Part shown: in pieces, positions 48,104 to 58,063 of the stretch | Position numbering within the stretch: the first letter of the stretch is position 1 | How the letters are laid out: every line of letters begins with the position of its first letter | Assembly (NCBI GenBank): GCA_963662665.2 | Contig: CAXXJS010000031.1 | Location: 32,001 to 96,000 of the forward strand | Length of the DNA: 64,000 nucleotides | Direction of reading: 5' to 3' | DNA from: Candidatus Latescibacterota bacterium | GTDB lineage: Bacteria; Latescibacterota; UBA2968; GCA-2709665 | Notes under the pieces: generated by a model | Databases searched by the model: none | What the model was told of the DNA's origin: nothing | What the model saw: the letters and a program-made list of their open reading frames with translations, nothing else | Made by a program: the position numbers and the translations under genes

Positions 48104-49132
48104 CTATCCGGACGACACCTGCTTCCAGCCTTCCTCGTCCACGTCCAGGCGTTTCAGCAGGGGTTCCCACCAGTTGCGATTGTCGGCGTACCAGCGTACG
48201 GTTTCCTCATACCCGTGTTCAAAAGAAATCTCGGGACGCCAGCCGAGTTCGGTACGTATCTTATTCGAATTCAGAAGGTATCTGCGGTCGTGTCCGGGGC
48301 GGTCGGGAACGTAGACCTTGTACGACCCGTCCATCGCCAGTACATTCAGAATTGTGTCCGCGATCGTCTCAACGTCCACCTCAACGCCGCTCCCGACGTT
48401 GTACGTTTCCCCGATCTTTCCATGTTTCAGGATCAGGTCGATCGCCCGGCAGTGGTCCTCCACGTGCAGCCACTCCCGTTTGTTCCGGCTGCTCCGGTAG
48501 AGCGTCATCTTCTTTCCGTTCAAGACCTGTGTGACGAACAGGGGAATTACCTTTTCCGGGAATTGATACGGCCCGTAGTTGTTCGCGCAATTGGAAATCG
48601 TAACCGGCAGCCCGAACGTGAGATGGTACGCCCGGACCGCCAGGTCGGCCGCCGCCTTGGATGCATTGTACGGCGTACGCGGCTGATAGGGGTCATCCTC
48701 GGAAAAGCTCGCTTCCGAATCCAGCGGCAGGTCCCCGTAGACCTCGCAGGTTGAGATATGGTGTACCCTGGGCACGCCGGCATCGTGCGCAGCCTGCAGG
48801 AGACGCTGAGTCCCAAGCACGTTGGTCTCGAAGAAGACGTCGGGATTGACCACCGCGCGGCTGTTGTGCGACTCGGCGGCGAAGTTCACGACATAATCCG
48901 GCCGGTGCCGTTCGAAGAGACCTCGAACCAACTCAAAGTCGCCGATATCACCTTGAACAAACTCGTACCTGCCGGCACAGGTTGCGACCACGTCGGCCAG
49001 GTTCTCCGGATTACCCGCATACGTGAGCAGATCGTAGTTGATTACGCTGTCGTCCGGGTATCTGGACAGCCAGTACCGGACAAAGTTCGATCCGATGAAC
49101 CCCGCTCCTCCCGTCACGAATATCCCGCCCAT
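48104..49132 (-). CDS. rfbB: dTDP-glucose 4,6-dehydratase
   Basis: TGGAGFIGSNF, LTYAGN, FAAESH, PYNASK, NNYGPYQFPEK, DRPGHDRRY. Confidence 0.93.
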   Translation of the reverse strand: MGGIFVTGGAGFIGSNFVRYWLSRYPDDSVINYDLLTYAGNPENLADVVATCAGRYEFVQGDIGDFELVRGLFERHRPDYVVNFAAESHNSRAVVNPDVFFETNVLGTQRLLQAAHDAGVPRVHHISTCEVYGDLPLDSEASFSEDDPYQPRTPYNASKAAADLAVRAYHLTFGLPVTISNCANNYGPYQFPEKVIPLFVTQVLNGKKMTLYRSSRNKREWLHVEDHCRAIDLILKHGKIGETYNVGSGVEVDVETIADTILNVLAMDGSYKVYVPDRPGHDRRYLLNSNKIRTELGWRPEISFEHGYEETVRWYADNRNWWEPLLKRLDVDEEGWKQVSSG

Positions 49133-49141
49133 AGTGGTCCC

Positions 49142-50119
49142 CTATAAAAACAAAAACCCCGTTGACGCCAGGTAAGCTCCGTAAATCGCGAGCAGCACGA
49201 ATCCCTCGATCCGGGTCAGACGGTGGCCCGTGCGCATCATGAAAAGCATCGCAAAAACGATCACCAGCATCGCTGGAAATGAAAAGTGGATTACTTTTTG
49301 CGTCACCACGAGTGGATTGACCACGGCGGATGCACCGGCGATCCAGCAGATATTCAGGATATCGGCGCCCAGGATATTCCCGACCACGATCTCACCGTGT
49401 CCTCTCCTGGCGGCCGTCACCCCGGTTGCGATCTCCGGCAAGGACGTGCCGATGGCAATCACCGTAAGCGCAATCACCGCTTCGCTGACGTCCAATGCCT
49501 TGGCGATGACCACGGCGGATTCCACGATAAAATGACTGGATATCAGTACCCCGACCAGTCCAACGCAGAACCAGAGCATCAATGTCCCGAGAGCTCGTCC
49601 CTCAATGGAAGCCTCGATCTCCTTCAGTTCCTCCATCCGATTCCCCTCGGCCTCGGATGAACGACGGCGTGTCACGTAGGTAAAGACCGTGTATGCCACG
49701 AAGAGGAGGAGCAGTACGCCGCCCTCGATCCGATCCAGCGTGCCGTCGAACGCCATCGCGTAAGCCGCCAGATCCACGACAATCAGAAAGATCCCTGTCG
49801 TCCGCAGCAGGTATGGGTTGATGAGGATCGGGGTGCCCACCACAAGCACACCCAGCGCCAGAGCGACGCCGTCGTCCACAATCACCGACCCGATGGCATT
49901 GCCCAGCGCCATTTCCGGATGCCCTTCGAGAGCGGCCAGTACGGATACGGCCAGTTCCGGCGAGGTTGTCGCCAGGCTCACCAGTACGATACCGATCAGC
50001 ATTTTCGGCACGTTCAGGTATTCGGCAATCCCAACAGCACCGTCCACAAACCACGAAGCGCACTTCGCAAACACCACGAAACACAACGCCAGAACGCCTA
50101 CCGCAACCGGTATACCCAT
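49142..50119 (-). CDS. Calcium/sodium antiporter (CaCA, YrbG-like)
   Basis: Two alpha-repeats ATTSPEL...GNAIGS and GTSLPE...GNILGA. Confidence 0.9.
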   Translation of the reverse strand: MGIPVAVGVLALCFVVFAKCASWFVDGAVGIAEYLNVPKMLIGIVLVSLATTSPELAVSVLAALEGHPEMALGNAIGSVIVDDGVALALGVLVVGTPILINPYLLRTTGIFLIVVDLAAYAMAFDGTLDRIEGGVLLLLFVAYTVFTYVTRRRSSEAEGNRMEELKEIEASIEGRALGTLMLWFCVGLVGVLISSHFIVESAVVIAKALDVSEAVIALTVIAIGTSLPEIATGVTAARRGHGEIVVGNILGADILNICWIAGASAVVNPLVVTQKVIHFSFPAMLVIVFAMLFMMRTGHRLTRIEGFVLLAIYGAYLASTGFLFL

Positions 50120-50206
50120 AAACAACAAGCCTTTGTCAATTCACGTAGCAACTGGACAACGATCCCGTACGGCAGCGTGTCGGGCCTGACTTCCGAACCC
50201 CCCGGC

Positions 50207-52528
50207 TCATCGGCCGGCGACACGCGCCACCCAGATGCTGAATTCGTAGAGCAGCACCAGCGGCAGCGCCATCATCAGCTGGGAGATCGGATCGGGCGGC
50301 GTGAGCAGAGCCGCCAGAACAAAACCGATCACCACCGCATAACGCCGGCCCCACCGCATCCGGTCTGCGGTCAACAGACCGATCCGGCTCAGGAAAAAGG
50401 CAGCCACCGGAAGTTCGAAGACAACGCCGAAGGCCACCAGCAGTCTCAGAACAAAGCCGGTGTAGTAACCGATATCGAACTGGGGGTCTACGCCGGTCCC
50501 TTCGCCAATCAGGATGAGGAACCGAAACGACAGGGGCACCACGCTGAAATAAGCAAGGGCCCCGCCCAGGACAAAACAGACCGACGATGAAAAAACAATA
50601 AAAGATACGTACCGCCGCTCGGTTGTCAACAGACCCGGAGCGACGAAGATCCACAATTGATACAGGAGAAACGGCAACGCCAGGATCGCACCGCCTACCA
50701 GGGCAATCTGGAATTTGACGAGAAACATCCCCATCGGCTTCAGATAAATAAGCTTGACCGGCGGCTCAACGGGGGCTACGCCCAACAGCTTCAGGAAGGG
50801 GGTCGCTTCCCGCACCGGCAGGACGAGCCACCCCAGAATCGCGTCCGAAAAAATCCCGCAGATGATGGCTCCAACCGTGAGAGCCGCCAGACCCTTCAAT
50901 AAGCGCCAGCGGAGTTCCTCCAGGTGATCCAGAAAGGGCATCGCTTTGTCTTCGGCGCCCGAGGACGGTTCAGGCGCGTGTTCTGCAGACGTGCCGGAGT
51001 CGGGGGGCAGAATGGAATGGTCTGCATCCGCCGGGTGCCGGAGGAAGGCCATCGCCACCAGAATCGCGCCCGCAATCAGGCACAACTGTGAGAACAGATC
51101 CCCGTACCTGGTATAAAACGTCCTTGCGCTCCGTGGCGACACCCCCTTCGTCAACACGGCCGGATGGAATATTCCCGTTGTTCCCGACTTCCTTCCGTAT
51201 GGGTCGATGAACGTGGACACACCCGTATTCGCGCAGCGCACCACGGCACGCCGGTTCTCAATGGCGCGAAACACCGCCGACTCGGCATGCTGATAGGGTC
51301 CGGAAGTACGACCGAACCAGCCGTCATTGGTAATGACGACCAGAAACTCTGCGCCCCGGTCCACAAATGACCGGACAAATCCCGGAAAGACCGAATCGTA
51401 GCAGATCAGTGCGGAGAACCGGGCCTCGGGGCCGCTGAATACCGTCCGCGCCTCGCCGGAATCCCAGTTACCCCCCACGAACCCGCCGCCCGTGAACCTG
51501 ATCTTCCGCAGAAAAGGCAGCAACTCCGGGAAGGGCGCCCGTTCGCCGAACGGCACCAGGCGAGTTTTATCGTAGAATCCCGTGATCCCTTTCCGGGGCA
51601 CAAACAGAAACGAGGAGTTGTATACCTTTACCGGGTCGCCGGTAACAAGCCGGTACGCGCCCGTATAGAGGTAGATGTCCAGCGAGTCCACCATCGCCTG
51701 CACGCGTTCTCGATGGTGCCTGTACAATTCCCCTTTCATATAGCCGACCGCCGTCTCGGGCCACACCACAAGCTTCGCCCCCTGCATCGCGGCTTCAACG
51801 GTCATTGGCTTCAACTTACCGAAATTGTAATCGAATCCCCGGTATTCCTTGGCAACAGGCGGCATATCCGGCTGGACCACACCTACAGGCACGGCCCGGT
51901 CGTCCGGATCGTGTTTCAGCGTAAAATACCCGTTTGCCGCCGGTCCCGCAAAGAGGGCCGCCAGCCCGGCGGCCCATGTCCAGCGGCGCGCTTCGTACCG
52001 CCAAAGCATCAGTATGCTCAGATTGACCACCACAATCCAGAATGATACGCCATATACCCCCGTCACGTCCGCATACTGGATCAGCCACAGATAGCCCGTC
52101 TGCGAGTTTCCAAGAACCACCCACGGAAAACCCATATCTCCCAATGAATTGAAATACTCCAACCCGACCCACAGAAAGGGAGCGCTCCACATGCCCGCGG
52201 CGCCGAACCGCCCCACGACGCGGGAATACGTCCACAAGAACAGCCCGCGGAACAGGGACATGTAAAAAACCGCACCGGCCATGCCGGGCGGCGTGATCCA
52301 GCCGATCCAGTAAAGTGTCGTTCCGTAGAAGAATAACCCCTGAATGAATCCCGCGCCAAAGGCCGCACGGCCGCGAAGGCGTTCCGCCGAAATCAGCAGC
52401 GGGATCAGCGCAATGTAAGACAGGAATCCCAGGGGCAGGGGTGGAAATGCGGCGCCCAGGACAAGGCCCGAAACCGCCGGAAACACAACCATCCATTTCC
52501 AGTCTGTGCCCTGCCGTAACTCCGTCAT
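50207..52528 (-). CDS. lnt-tatC: Apolipoprotein N-acyltransferase (Lnt) fused to twin-arginine translocase subunit TatC
   Basis: Lnt: GFPW..LG.SQ, WPE, YNS, K..LVPFGE, ICYD, TNDGWFG, R.ANTG.S; TatC from 50941: MPFLDHLEELR.R, YQ.W.F.APGL...E, FELP, LTPPD..SQ, LYE; no stop between them. Confidence 0.9.
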   Translation of the reverse strand: MTELRQGTDWKWMVVFPAVSGLVLGAAFPPLPLGFLSYIALIPLLISAERLRGRAAFGAGFIQGLFFYGTTLYWIGWITPPGMAGAVFYMSLFRGLFLWTYSRVVGRFGAAGMWSAPFLWVGLEYFNSLGDMGFPWVVLGNSQTGYLWLIQYADVTGVYGVSFWIVVVNLSILMLWRYEARRWTWAAGLAALFAGPAANGYFTLKHDPDDRAVPVGVVQPDMPPVAKEYRGFDYNFGKLKPMTVEAAMQGAKLVVWPETAVGYMKGELYRHHRERVQAMVDSLDIYLYTGAYRLVTGDPVKVYNSSFLFVPRKGITGFYDKTRLVPFGERAPFPELLPFLRKIRFTGGGFVGGNWDSGEARTVFSGPEARFSALICYDSVFPGFVRSFVDRGAEFLVVITNDGWFGRTSGPYQHAESAVFRAIENRRAVVRCANTGVSTFIDPYGRKSGTTGIFHPAVLTKGVSPRSARTFYTRYGDLFSQLCLIAGAILVAMAFLRHPADADHSILPPDSGTSAEHAPEPSSGAEDKAMPFLDHLEELRWRLLKGLAALTVGAIICGIFSDAILGWLVLPVREATPFLKLLGVAPVEPPVKLIYLKPMGMFLVKFQIALVGGAILALPFLLYQLWIFVAPGLLTTERRYVSFIVFSSSVCFVLGGALAYFSVVPLSFRFLILIGEGTGVDPQFDIGYYTGFVLRLLVAFGVVFELPVAAFFLSRIGLLTADRMRWGRRYAVVIGFVLAALLTPPDPISQLMMALPLVLLYEFSIWVARVAGR

Positions 52529-52672
52529 TATTCAGGCACCTCCAAACCCCTCTGCAGGATCCTGTCCGGCCGCGCCGCTGCGCTTCAGCGTGGGGACAGA
52601 AAAACCGGTTGGGCGCAAGCAGTGAGTCCCGCCAACCGGTCTGGTTGAACCCCACCCCGGAAACCGGCTTAG

Positions 52673-52700
52673 AATATAAAAGAATGAACCTTTTTGTCAA
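52673..52700 (-). promoter_or_regulatory. Putative sigma70 promoter of the lnt-tatC/antiporter/rfbBC run
   Basis: Minus strand TTGACA-16-TATATT. Confidence 0.55.
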
Positions 52701-52805
52701 ACCGGTACCACTCCGCCTCACGCGCTTGACAAGCCATCTGGAATACGATAATTTTCGTCCACCCTTCGCCTTACCTCAACCGCAATCACTCATAGTATCC
52801 TGACA

Positions 52806-53969
52806 ATGCTTCCCCAACTCGCCACGGAACTGGACAATCTGAAATCACGCGGACTGTACCGCAGCCTCCATCTGCTGGAGGGCGCGCAGGGCCCCAGAGT
52901 CCGCATTAACGGAAGAGAGCGTCTACTCTTCTGCTCCAACAACTATCTCGGGCTTGCAAGCCACCCCGATCTTAAAGAAGAAGCCGGCTCCGCGCTACGC
53001 ACATACGGCCTCAGCGCGGCGGCCTCGAGGCTGATTTCAGGCAACATGGAAACGCATCGGAGGCTTGAACACCGGATGGCCGGCTTCCTGGGAACCGAGG
53101 CGGCTCTGTGTTTTCCCACGGGCTACATGGCGAACCTGGGCGCGGTAAGCGCACTTGTGGGCGAAGCCGATGCGATTTTCAGCGACCATCTGAACCATCG
53201 CAGCATCATCGACGCCTGCCGGCTTTCCCGTGCAAAGACCTTTGTCTATCGCCATAGGGACGTCGACCATCTGGAAAACCTGCTCAGGGCCCAGGTCGAC
53301 TTCCGGCGACGCCTGATCGTCACCGACGGGTTGTTCAGCATGGACGGCGACCTTGCCCCCCTGTCCGACCTCGCGGACGCCGCAAACCGGTACAACGCCA
53401 TACTGATGGTTGACGATGCGCACGGGACCGCAGTCCTCGGCGATTCCGGGCGGGGCACCCACGAACACTTCGGCGTTACGAAGGGCATCGACGTTCTGAC
53501 AACCTCCGGCAGCAAGGGGATGGGCGCCTTCGGCGGGTTTGTTGCCGGAACAACGGAACTCGTTGACCTGCTGATCAATCGAGCCGCTGCCTTTATTTAC
53601 ACCTCGGCACTGCCACCCGATGCCTGCGCGGCAGCCACGGCCGCTTTGCGTCTCATCCAAACCCGGCCGGGTCTGCGAGACAACCTGTGGCGAAACGTCC
53701 ATACCGTTCAAACCGCCCTGAAAGACCTTGACTTCGATCTGATGGGCTCCCAATCCCAGATCATTCCCGTCCTGATCGGCGACGCAAAGCGCACGATGGC
53801 GATTTCGGACCATCTGTTCGATGAAGGGATCTACCTGAGCGGCATCCGGCCGCCAACCGTACCGGAAGGCCGGAGCCGCCTGCGCCTCACGCTCATGGCC
53901 AACCACAGCGACGAGGATATCACTCGTCTCATTCAAGCGATGGCAGATGTCCGCACGGCATTCTTTTAA
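52806..53969 (+). CDS. bioF: 8-amino-7-oxononanoate synthase
   Basis: FCSNNYLGL..HP, SRL.SG, NH.SIID, FSMDGD, VDDAHG, SKG PLP lysine, IRPPTVP. Confidence 0.9.
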   Translation: MLPQLATELDNLKSRGLYRSLHLLEGAQGPRVRINGRERLLFCSNNYLGLASHPDLKEEAGSALRTYGLSAAASRLISGNMETHRRLEHRMAGFLGTEAALCFPTGYMANLGAVSALVGEADAIFSDHLNHRSIIDACRLSRAKTFVYRHRDVDHLENLLRAQVDFRRRLIVTDGLFSMDGDLAPLSDLADAANRYNAILMVDDAHGTAVLGDSGRGTHEHFGVTKGIDVLTTSGSKGMGAFGGFVAGTTELVDLLINRAAAFIYTSALPPDACAAATAALRLIQTRPGLRDNLWRNVHTVQTALKDLDFDLMGSQSQIIPVLIGDAKRTMAISDHLFDEGIYLSGIRPPTVPEGRSRLRLTLMANHSDEDITRLIQAMADVRTAFF

Positions 53970-55161
53970 AATTATCGCCGGTTTTTTCGCGCTGCACGTC
54001 TTTCAGGCGCCCGTGCACACGGCGACCCTGAACGGCACGGTAAGGGACAGCGCGACCCGCGCGCCGTTACCTTTCGCCACGGTCATTCTGCCGGAACTCA
54101 GGCGCGGGGACCTGACGGACCTCTATGGCCGCTTCACGGTTTCCGACCTTCCCGCGGCCCCCATCCGCGTCCAGGTATCATACGTCGGCTATCGGACGGC
54201 ACTGCGGAAGATTGTCGTTCCCAACGTCGCAATACACCCGCCGGACATCCTGCTTTCCCCGTCTCCAATGACCCTGAAGTCCCACGTGGACCTGCCGCGT
54301 CCCACCCTCACGGTTCTGATTGGAAAAATCGGTCGGAAACGCCGCGAAAACGTGTTCCACACGCGATACTCAAACCTCCGGACGCACGGATTCGCATTGG
54401 TAGGCACTCAGACCCTTTACGCCGGCGCCCACGCCGGTGCTCGCATCCTGGCACGGATCGACTACGACGGCCGGGGATATTACAGGAACCCGGGGGAGGT
54501 CGCCCAGATCATAACGGCGTACCGGTCCCGCAACGCGCCGGCGCAGCAATTCGGCATGCATCCAGGCGTCATCGTAAATATCCGCAGCGGCCGCCTCAAC
54601 GGCCGCGATTTCGACGTGGGTCCTCTGCCGCTGGAGGGGGACGCCAGTAGGGATTACCGCTATCGTCTGGTCAGTACCGTACAGATGGGGGACGTGGCCG
54701 TACACAAGATTCACGTCGAACCAGGAAAAAAGAGACGCCCCGGACTTGAGGGCGCCATCTGGATTTCCGCAACCGACTTCTCGCTCGTGGGCTACGACCT
54801 CGTATTGAACAGGAAGGGCCGAGAGTCACTCGGCATCAAGGAACTCCGCACCTACCAGGAAAACGCCCTGTATTACGACCGCTACTGGCTGCCGGTTTTG
54901 CAAACCGTGCGCATTACGACCGACTCCGGCGCCCTGGCCGAACAGACCACGCGTATCGGCGGATATACGCTGAACCCCGCGCTTCACGACTCCCTGTTCA
55001 GCGCGGGCCCGTTTTCCATGCAACCGGATGCGACCCGGCTCGGCGCCGCCTATTGGAAAGCACGCGACGACAGCCTGCAGACCGCGAGGCGAAGTGCAGT
55101 GCTGAAGCTGCTCGAAACCAACGCCGTTCCGCACGGGTGGAAACGGCTCTTGAATCAGTAG
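53947..55161 (+). CDS. Exported protein with carboxypeptidase-like regulatory domain
   Basis: Signal peptide; G.V.D..T..PLP.A.V...G..TD..G.F...SYVGY. Confidence 0.7.
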   Translation: MSARHSFKIIAGFFALHVFQAPVHTATLNGTVRDSATRAPLPFATVILPELRRGDLTDLYGRFTVSDLPAAPIRVQVSYVGYRTALRKIVVPNVAIHPPDILLSPSPMTLKSHVDLPRPTLTVLIGKIGRKRRENVFHTRYSNLRTHGFALVGTQTLYAGAHAGARILARIDYDGRGYYRNPGEVAQIITAYRSRNAPAQQFGMHPGVIVNIRSGRLNGRDFDVGPLPLEGDASRDYRYRLVSTVQMGDVAVHKIHVEPGKKRRPGLEGAIWISATDFSLVGYDLVLNRKGRESLGIKELRTYQENALYYDRYWLPVLQTVRITTDSGALAEQTTRIGGYTLNPALHDSLFSAGPFSMQPDATRLGAAYWKARDDSLQTARRSAVLKLLETNAVPHGWKRLLNQ

Positions 55162-55292
55162 GGGAGTCTGCCGGATCAACAGCGCGCGCCAGGAATGCCC
55201 GGCATGCACGTTGACTCAATCCCGGTCAGAACACTCGAAGCAAGGGGCATGCCGGCCCGAGAAAGGTGAGATGTTCGAACAAGGAGAACCCG

Positions 55293-56054
55293 ATGCACCC
55301 ACAAACGGCTGTCCCTGAAACGCTCAATCGCATTCGCATTGTACTGGCGGGCACAAAAGAGCCCGGGAACATCGGCTCGGTGGCGCGCGCCATGAAGAAT
55401 ATGGGCCTCTCACGTCTCTACCTTGTGGACCCTCCGGACCATACGTGCGGCGACGCAAGAAAAATGGCGCACGGATCGGGAGAAGTGCTCTACGGCGCGA
55501 CGGTATGCGAATCGCTTGAAGAAGCCCTGGCCGGCACGGTCCTTTCGATCGGGACGACCCACCGGACGCGGGAGCATCTGGACATCATGTACGGACCGCG
55601 CCACGTGGCGGAAAAGCTGGTTTCCCTGCCCGAAGACAACGAAGCCGCCCTGGTATTCGGCCGGGAAGAAAACGGCCTCACCAACGATGAAATGCGGCTC
55701 TGCAGCCTGATCGCCAATATCCCCACGGCCCACAGGTATCCCTCGCTGAACCTTTCCCAGGCCGTCCTCATCTTTGGCTATGAGCTCTTCCGCGCGGCAG
55801 CCACGCCTCGCGAAGTGCCGGAGCTCGACCTGGCGACTTTTGAAGAGATGGAGTCCCTCTACGCCCACGTCGGATCCGCGCTGGACAAGCTGGGCTTTCC
55901 CGCCGACTATATGCCCAAGGCCTTCCCGCGGTCCATCCGGCGCCTCTTCGGGCGCCTGTCCATGGATCGCCGAGACGTTGCCACCATGCACAGGATCTTC
56001 CGTCAGATCGACAAATTCGTCGCCGTACATAAATCAGACGCGGAATCAGGCTGA
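55293..56054 (+). CDS. TrmJ/LasT-family SPOUT RNA methyltransferase
   Basis: PGNIGS.ARAMKNMG, VFGRE..GLTN.E, IP....YPSLNL.QAV; SD AAGGAG. Confidence 0.9.
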   Translation: MHPQTAVPETLNRIRIVLAGTKEPGNIGSVARAMKNMGLSRLYLVDPPDHTCGDARKMAHGSGEVLYGATVCESLEEALAGTVLSIGTTHRTREHLDIMYGPRHVAEKLVSLPEDNEAALVFGREENGLTNDEMRLCSLIANIPTAHRYPSLNLSQAVLIFGYELFRAAATPREVPELDLATFEEMESLYAHVGSALDKLGFPADYMPKAFPRSIRRLFGRLSMDRRDVATMHRIFRQIDKFVAVHKSDAESG

Positions 56055-56069
56055 TCCCGCGCCCCATAC

Positions 56070-56206
56070 GCGCACCGCGCGTGCTTCATGTCCCAGTCAG
56101 GGTCTTCCGTGTCGAACGACGCGTGTCCCGTGGCGATGCCATCCTCGAGAATCCGGCGCACCGTCTCCCAGTTATCCGGTGTCATCGGCGTGACGATCGG
56201 ATTCAT
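56070..56206 (-). pseudogene. N-terminal remnant of a GNAT (phosphinothricin acetyltransferase-like)
   Basis: PM...W..V..I..DGIATG.A.F.T..P.W...H then breaks off against the convergent methyltransferase gene. Confidence 0.6.
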
Positions 56207-56231
56207 CGGCGTGCTTCCTGTCACGTGAGAA

Positions 56232-57107
56232 TCAAAGGCGGTCGGGGAAGTATCTGAAGAGATGCGTCTGCCATTGCGACAGGGGGCTCCGGCCGGTCCG
56301 TTCGTATAACGCCAGGGAGTCCCGCGCATTCATGGCCTGAGAGCGTCGTAACGGATTGCAGAATTCGAATTCCAGGCCGCCCCTGGATTCTTCTCTTGCG
56401 TACACCTTCAAACAGTTCAGAAGGTCGGGTCGCCGGAGATCGAATGGGACGCACGCGCTTCTCGCCAGGATTCCCTCGTGGAAGAACCCGGGGACGTCGC
56501 GCTCCAGCCCTGCAATCCTCCGTCTGCCGTACTGATACGAAATGCTCAGGAAGACCCGGCCGCCGTCGCGAAGATACTTCCTGGCGCCGCGAAGCACAGC
56601 CCGCCGGTATCCGAATCCGTCATCGTCTTCGCTCGCGTCCGGGTTGGCGATGAGGAAATCCGCACGCCCGCTGAGCGACTCGAACGAACGCATGTCGCCA
56701 TCCGCGAACGGTGTGTATGAGTCCGACTGCATGAACGCTACTTTTTCTTCGACGCCGTTCAACCTGGCGTTACGCCGGGCTACGGATACGTTTGTTTCGT
56801 CGATTTCCAACCCGACAACCCGGTCAACACCGGGTGCGCGCGCGGCCATGACGGACAGGCAGCCTCCGCCGCTTCCCCAGTCAATGCCGATTCCCTCGAG
56901 CAGGTGTTTGTGGCCGCCGATCGCTTCAATGGAGATCATGCTGGCCGGTGTGATTGGCGTGGTACCCGGTGGATGCAGGAGCCGGATTTCGCCAAGTCCG
57001 TGTGTCAGGTCATCTCCCAGCGTCGTCTCATTGCCTTCTTGTAGTGAAACGTCGCCAATACTGGAAGCAGTTCGTTCTTCTCTCCTGCGATCCGCCATCG
57101 CCTTCAT
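56232..57107 (-). CDS. Class I SAM-dependent methyltransferase (PrmC/MTS-like)
   Basis: DWGSGGG motif I, A..NA..NG, D.LIANP. Confidence 0.8.
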   Translation of the reverse strand: MKAMADRRREERTASSIGDVSLQEGNETTLGDDLTHGLGEIRLLHPPGTTPITPASMISIEAIGGHKHLLEGIGIDWGSGGGCLSVMAARAPGVDRVVGLEIDETNVSVARRNARLNGVEEKVAFMQSDSYTPFADGDMRSFESLSGRADFLIANPDASEDDDGFGYRRAVLRGARKYLRDGGRVFLSISYQYGRRRIAGLERDVPGFFHEGILARSACVPFDLRRPDLLNCLKVYAREESRGGLEFEFCNPLRRSQAMNARDSLALYERTGRSPLSQWQTHLFRYFPDRL

Positions 57108-57145
57108 CCCCGTTCGTATTGTGTGGGTGTTTATACGCGTGATAT

Positions 57146-57529
57146 CTATCCGCAGGTACCGTCGTTTCTGCGGTGGATGCAGAGCAGGTTACCCCATGGA
57201 TCCTTGATCCAGGCCATCCGGCAGCTTCCGCTATCGGCCGGCTCCATCACGATTTCAACGTCCATACGGCGGAGTTCGTTCACCGCCTCGTCCACGTCGT
57301 CCACCGCGAACGCGATCCCCGGTCGTCCCGCTTCCTCGTCCCACCGGACCAGCGCCAGGCTGACGGGACGGGTATCGAACTCCGTCCACGTGTCCCGGCT
57401 TCCGTCGCCCTTGATCCCTCCGTCGTCGATGAAGTCCTGATCGAGCCCCAGCACATTCCGGTAGAAATGAACCGCCTCCCTCGTATCGGTCACGTGGGAA
57501 ATCACGAAGTCGATCGCTTTCACTTTCAC
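57146..57529 (-). CDS. VOC/glyoxalase family protein
   Basis: V.D...A..FY..VLGL; F.VDDVD; DP.GN. Confidence 0.9.
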   Translation of the reverse strand: MKVKAIDFVISHVTDTREAVHFYRNVLGLDQDFIDDGGIKGDGSRDTWTEFDTRPVSLALVRWDEEAGRPGIAFAVDDVDEAVNELRRMDVEIVMEPADSGSCRMAWIKDPWGNLLCIHRRNDGTCG

Positions 57530-57580
57530 GCGTCATACCCTCCTCCCGAAACGTCGCGTCTGGCGGCGGTCCGGCATTCC

Positions 57581-58063
57581 TCAATCCTTCAGTTGCTTCT
57601 CCATCACGATCACATCACGCACGAGTCCGCACGGAAGCCTCTCCGGCGGCCGGTCTACTTGTGTATATCCGTTGGCGCGGTAGAAGCGGGGCGCCGCGAC
57701 GTTGTATTCCGTATAACACAACCGTGCGGTGTGATGTCCCGCGAGCTGAATCTCCTCCTCGGCCACCTTCAATAGCAGGCTTCCGATTCCCCGCCTCTGG
57801 AAGGACGGATGGACCCAGAGATCGGCGACTTCGTGACCGTCGGTGCTTGTTAGTCCAAGGATTCGTGACTGGATTGTTGCCACCGTGACCTTCGGCCAGA
57901 TTTCCGGGAATCGCTTGCTCTCGGAATCCGCTTCCATCCAATCCCGCACAACCTCCATCGGCGCCAGTTCGCAGTTTCCCGAAAGCCAGGACCGCTGCGC
58001 CAGGTCGGCGAGCGCCGGTACATCCGCCTCAACCGCGCGGCGGGTCTTGAATTCGAGTTTCAT
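57581..58063 (-). CDS. GNAT acetyltransferase
   Basis: L.V.P.FQRRGIG..L; N..A..FY...G. Confidence 0.9.
   Translation of the reverse strand: MKLEFKTRRAVEADVPALADLAQRSWLSGNCELAPMEVVRDWMEADSESKRFPEIWPKVTVATIQSRILGLTSTDGHEVADLWVHPSFQRRGIGSLLLKVAEEEIQLAGHHTARLCYTEYNVAAPRFYRANGYTQVDRPPERLPCGLVRDVIVMEKQLKD

Noticed and set aside
52726-52752. bioF promoter TTGACA...GATAAT
   Set aside because: 15-bp spacer is suboptimal; not confident enough to list
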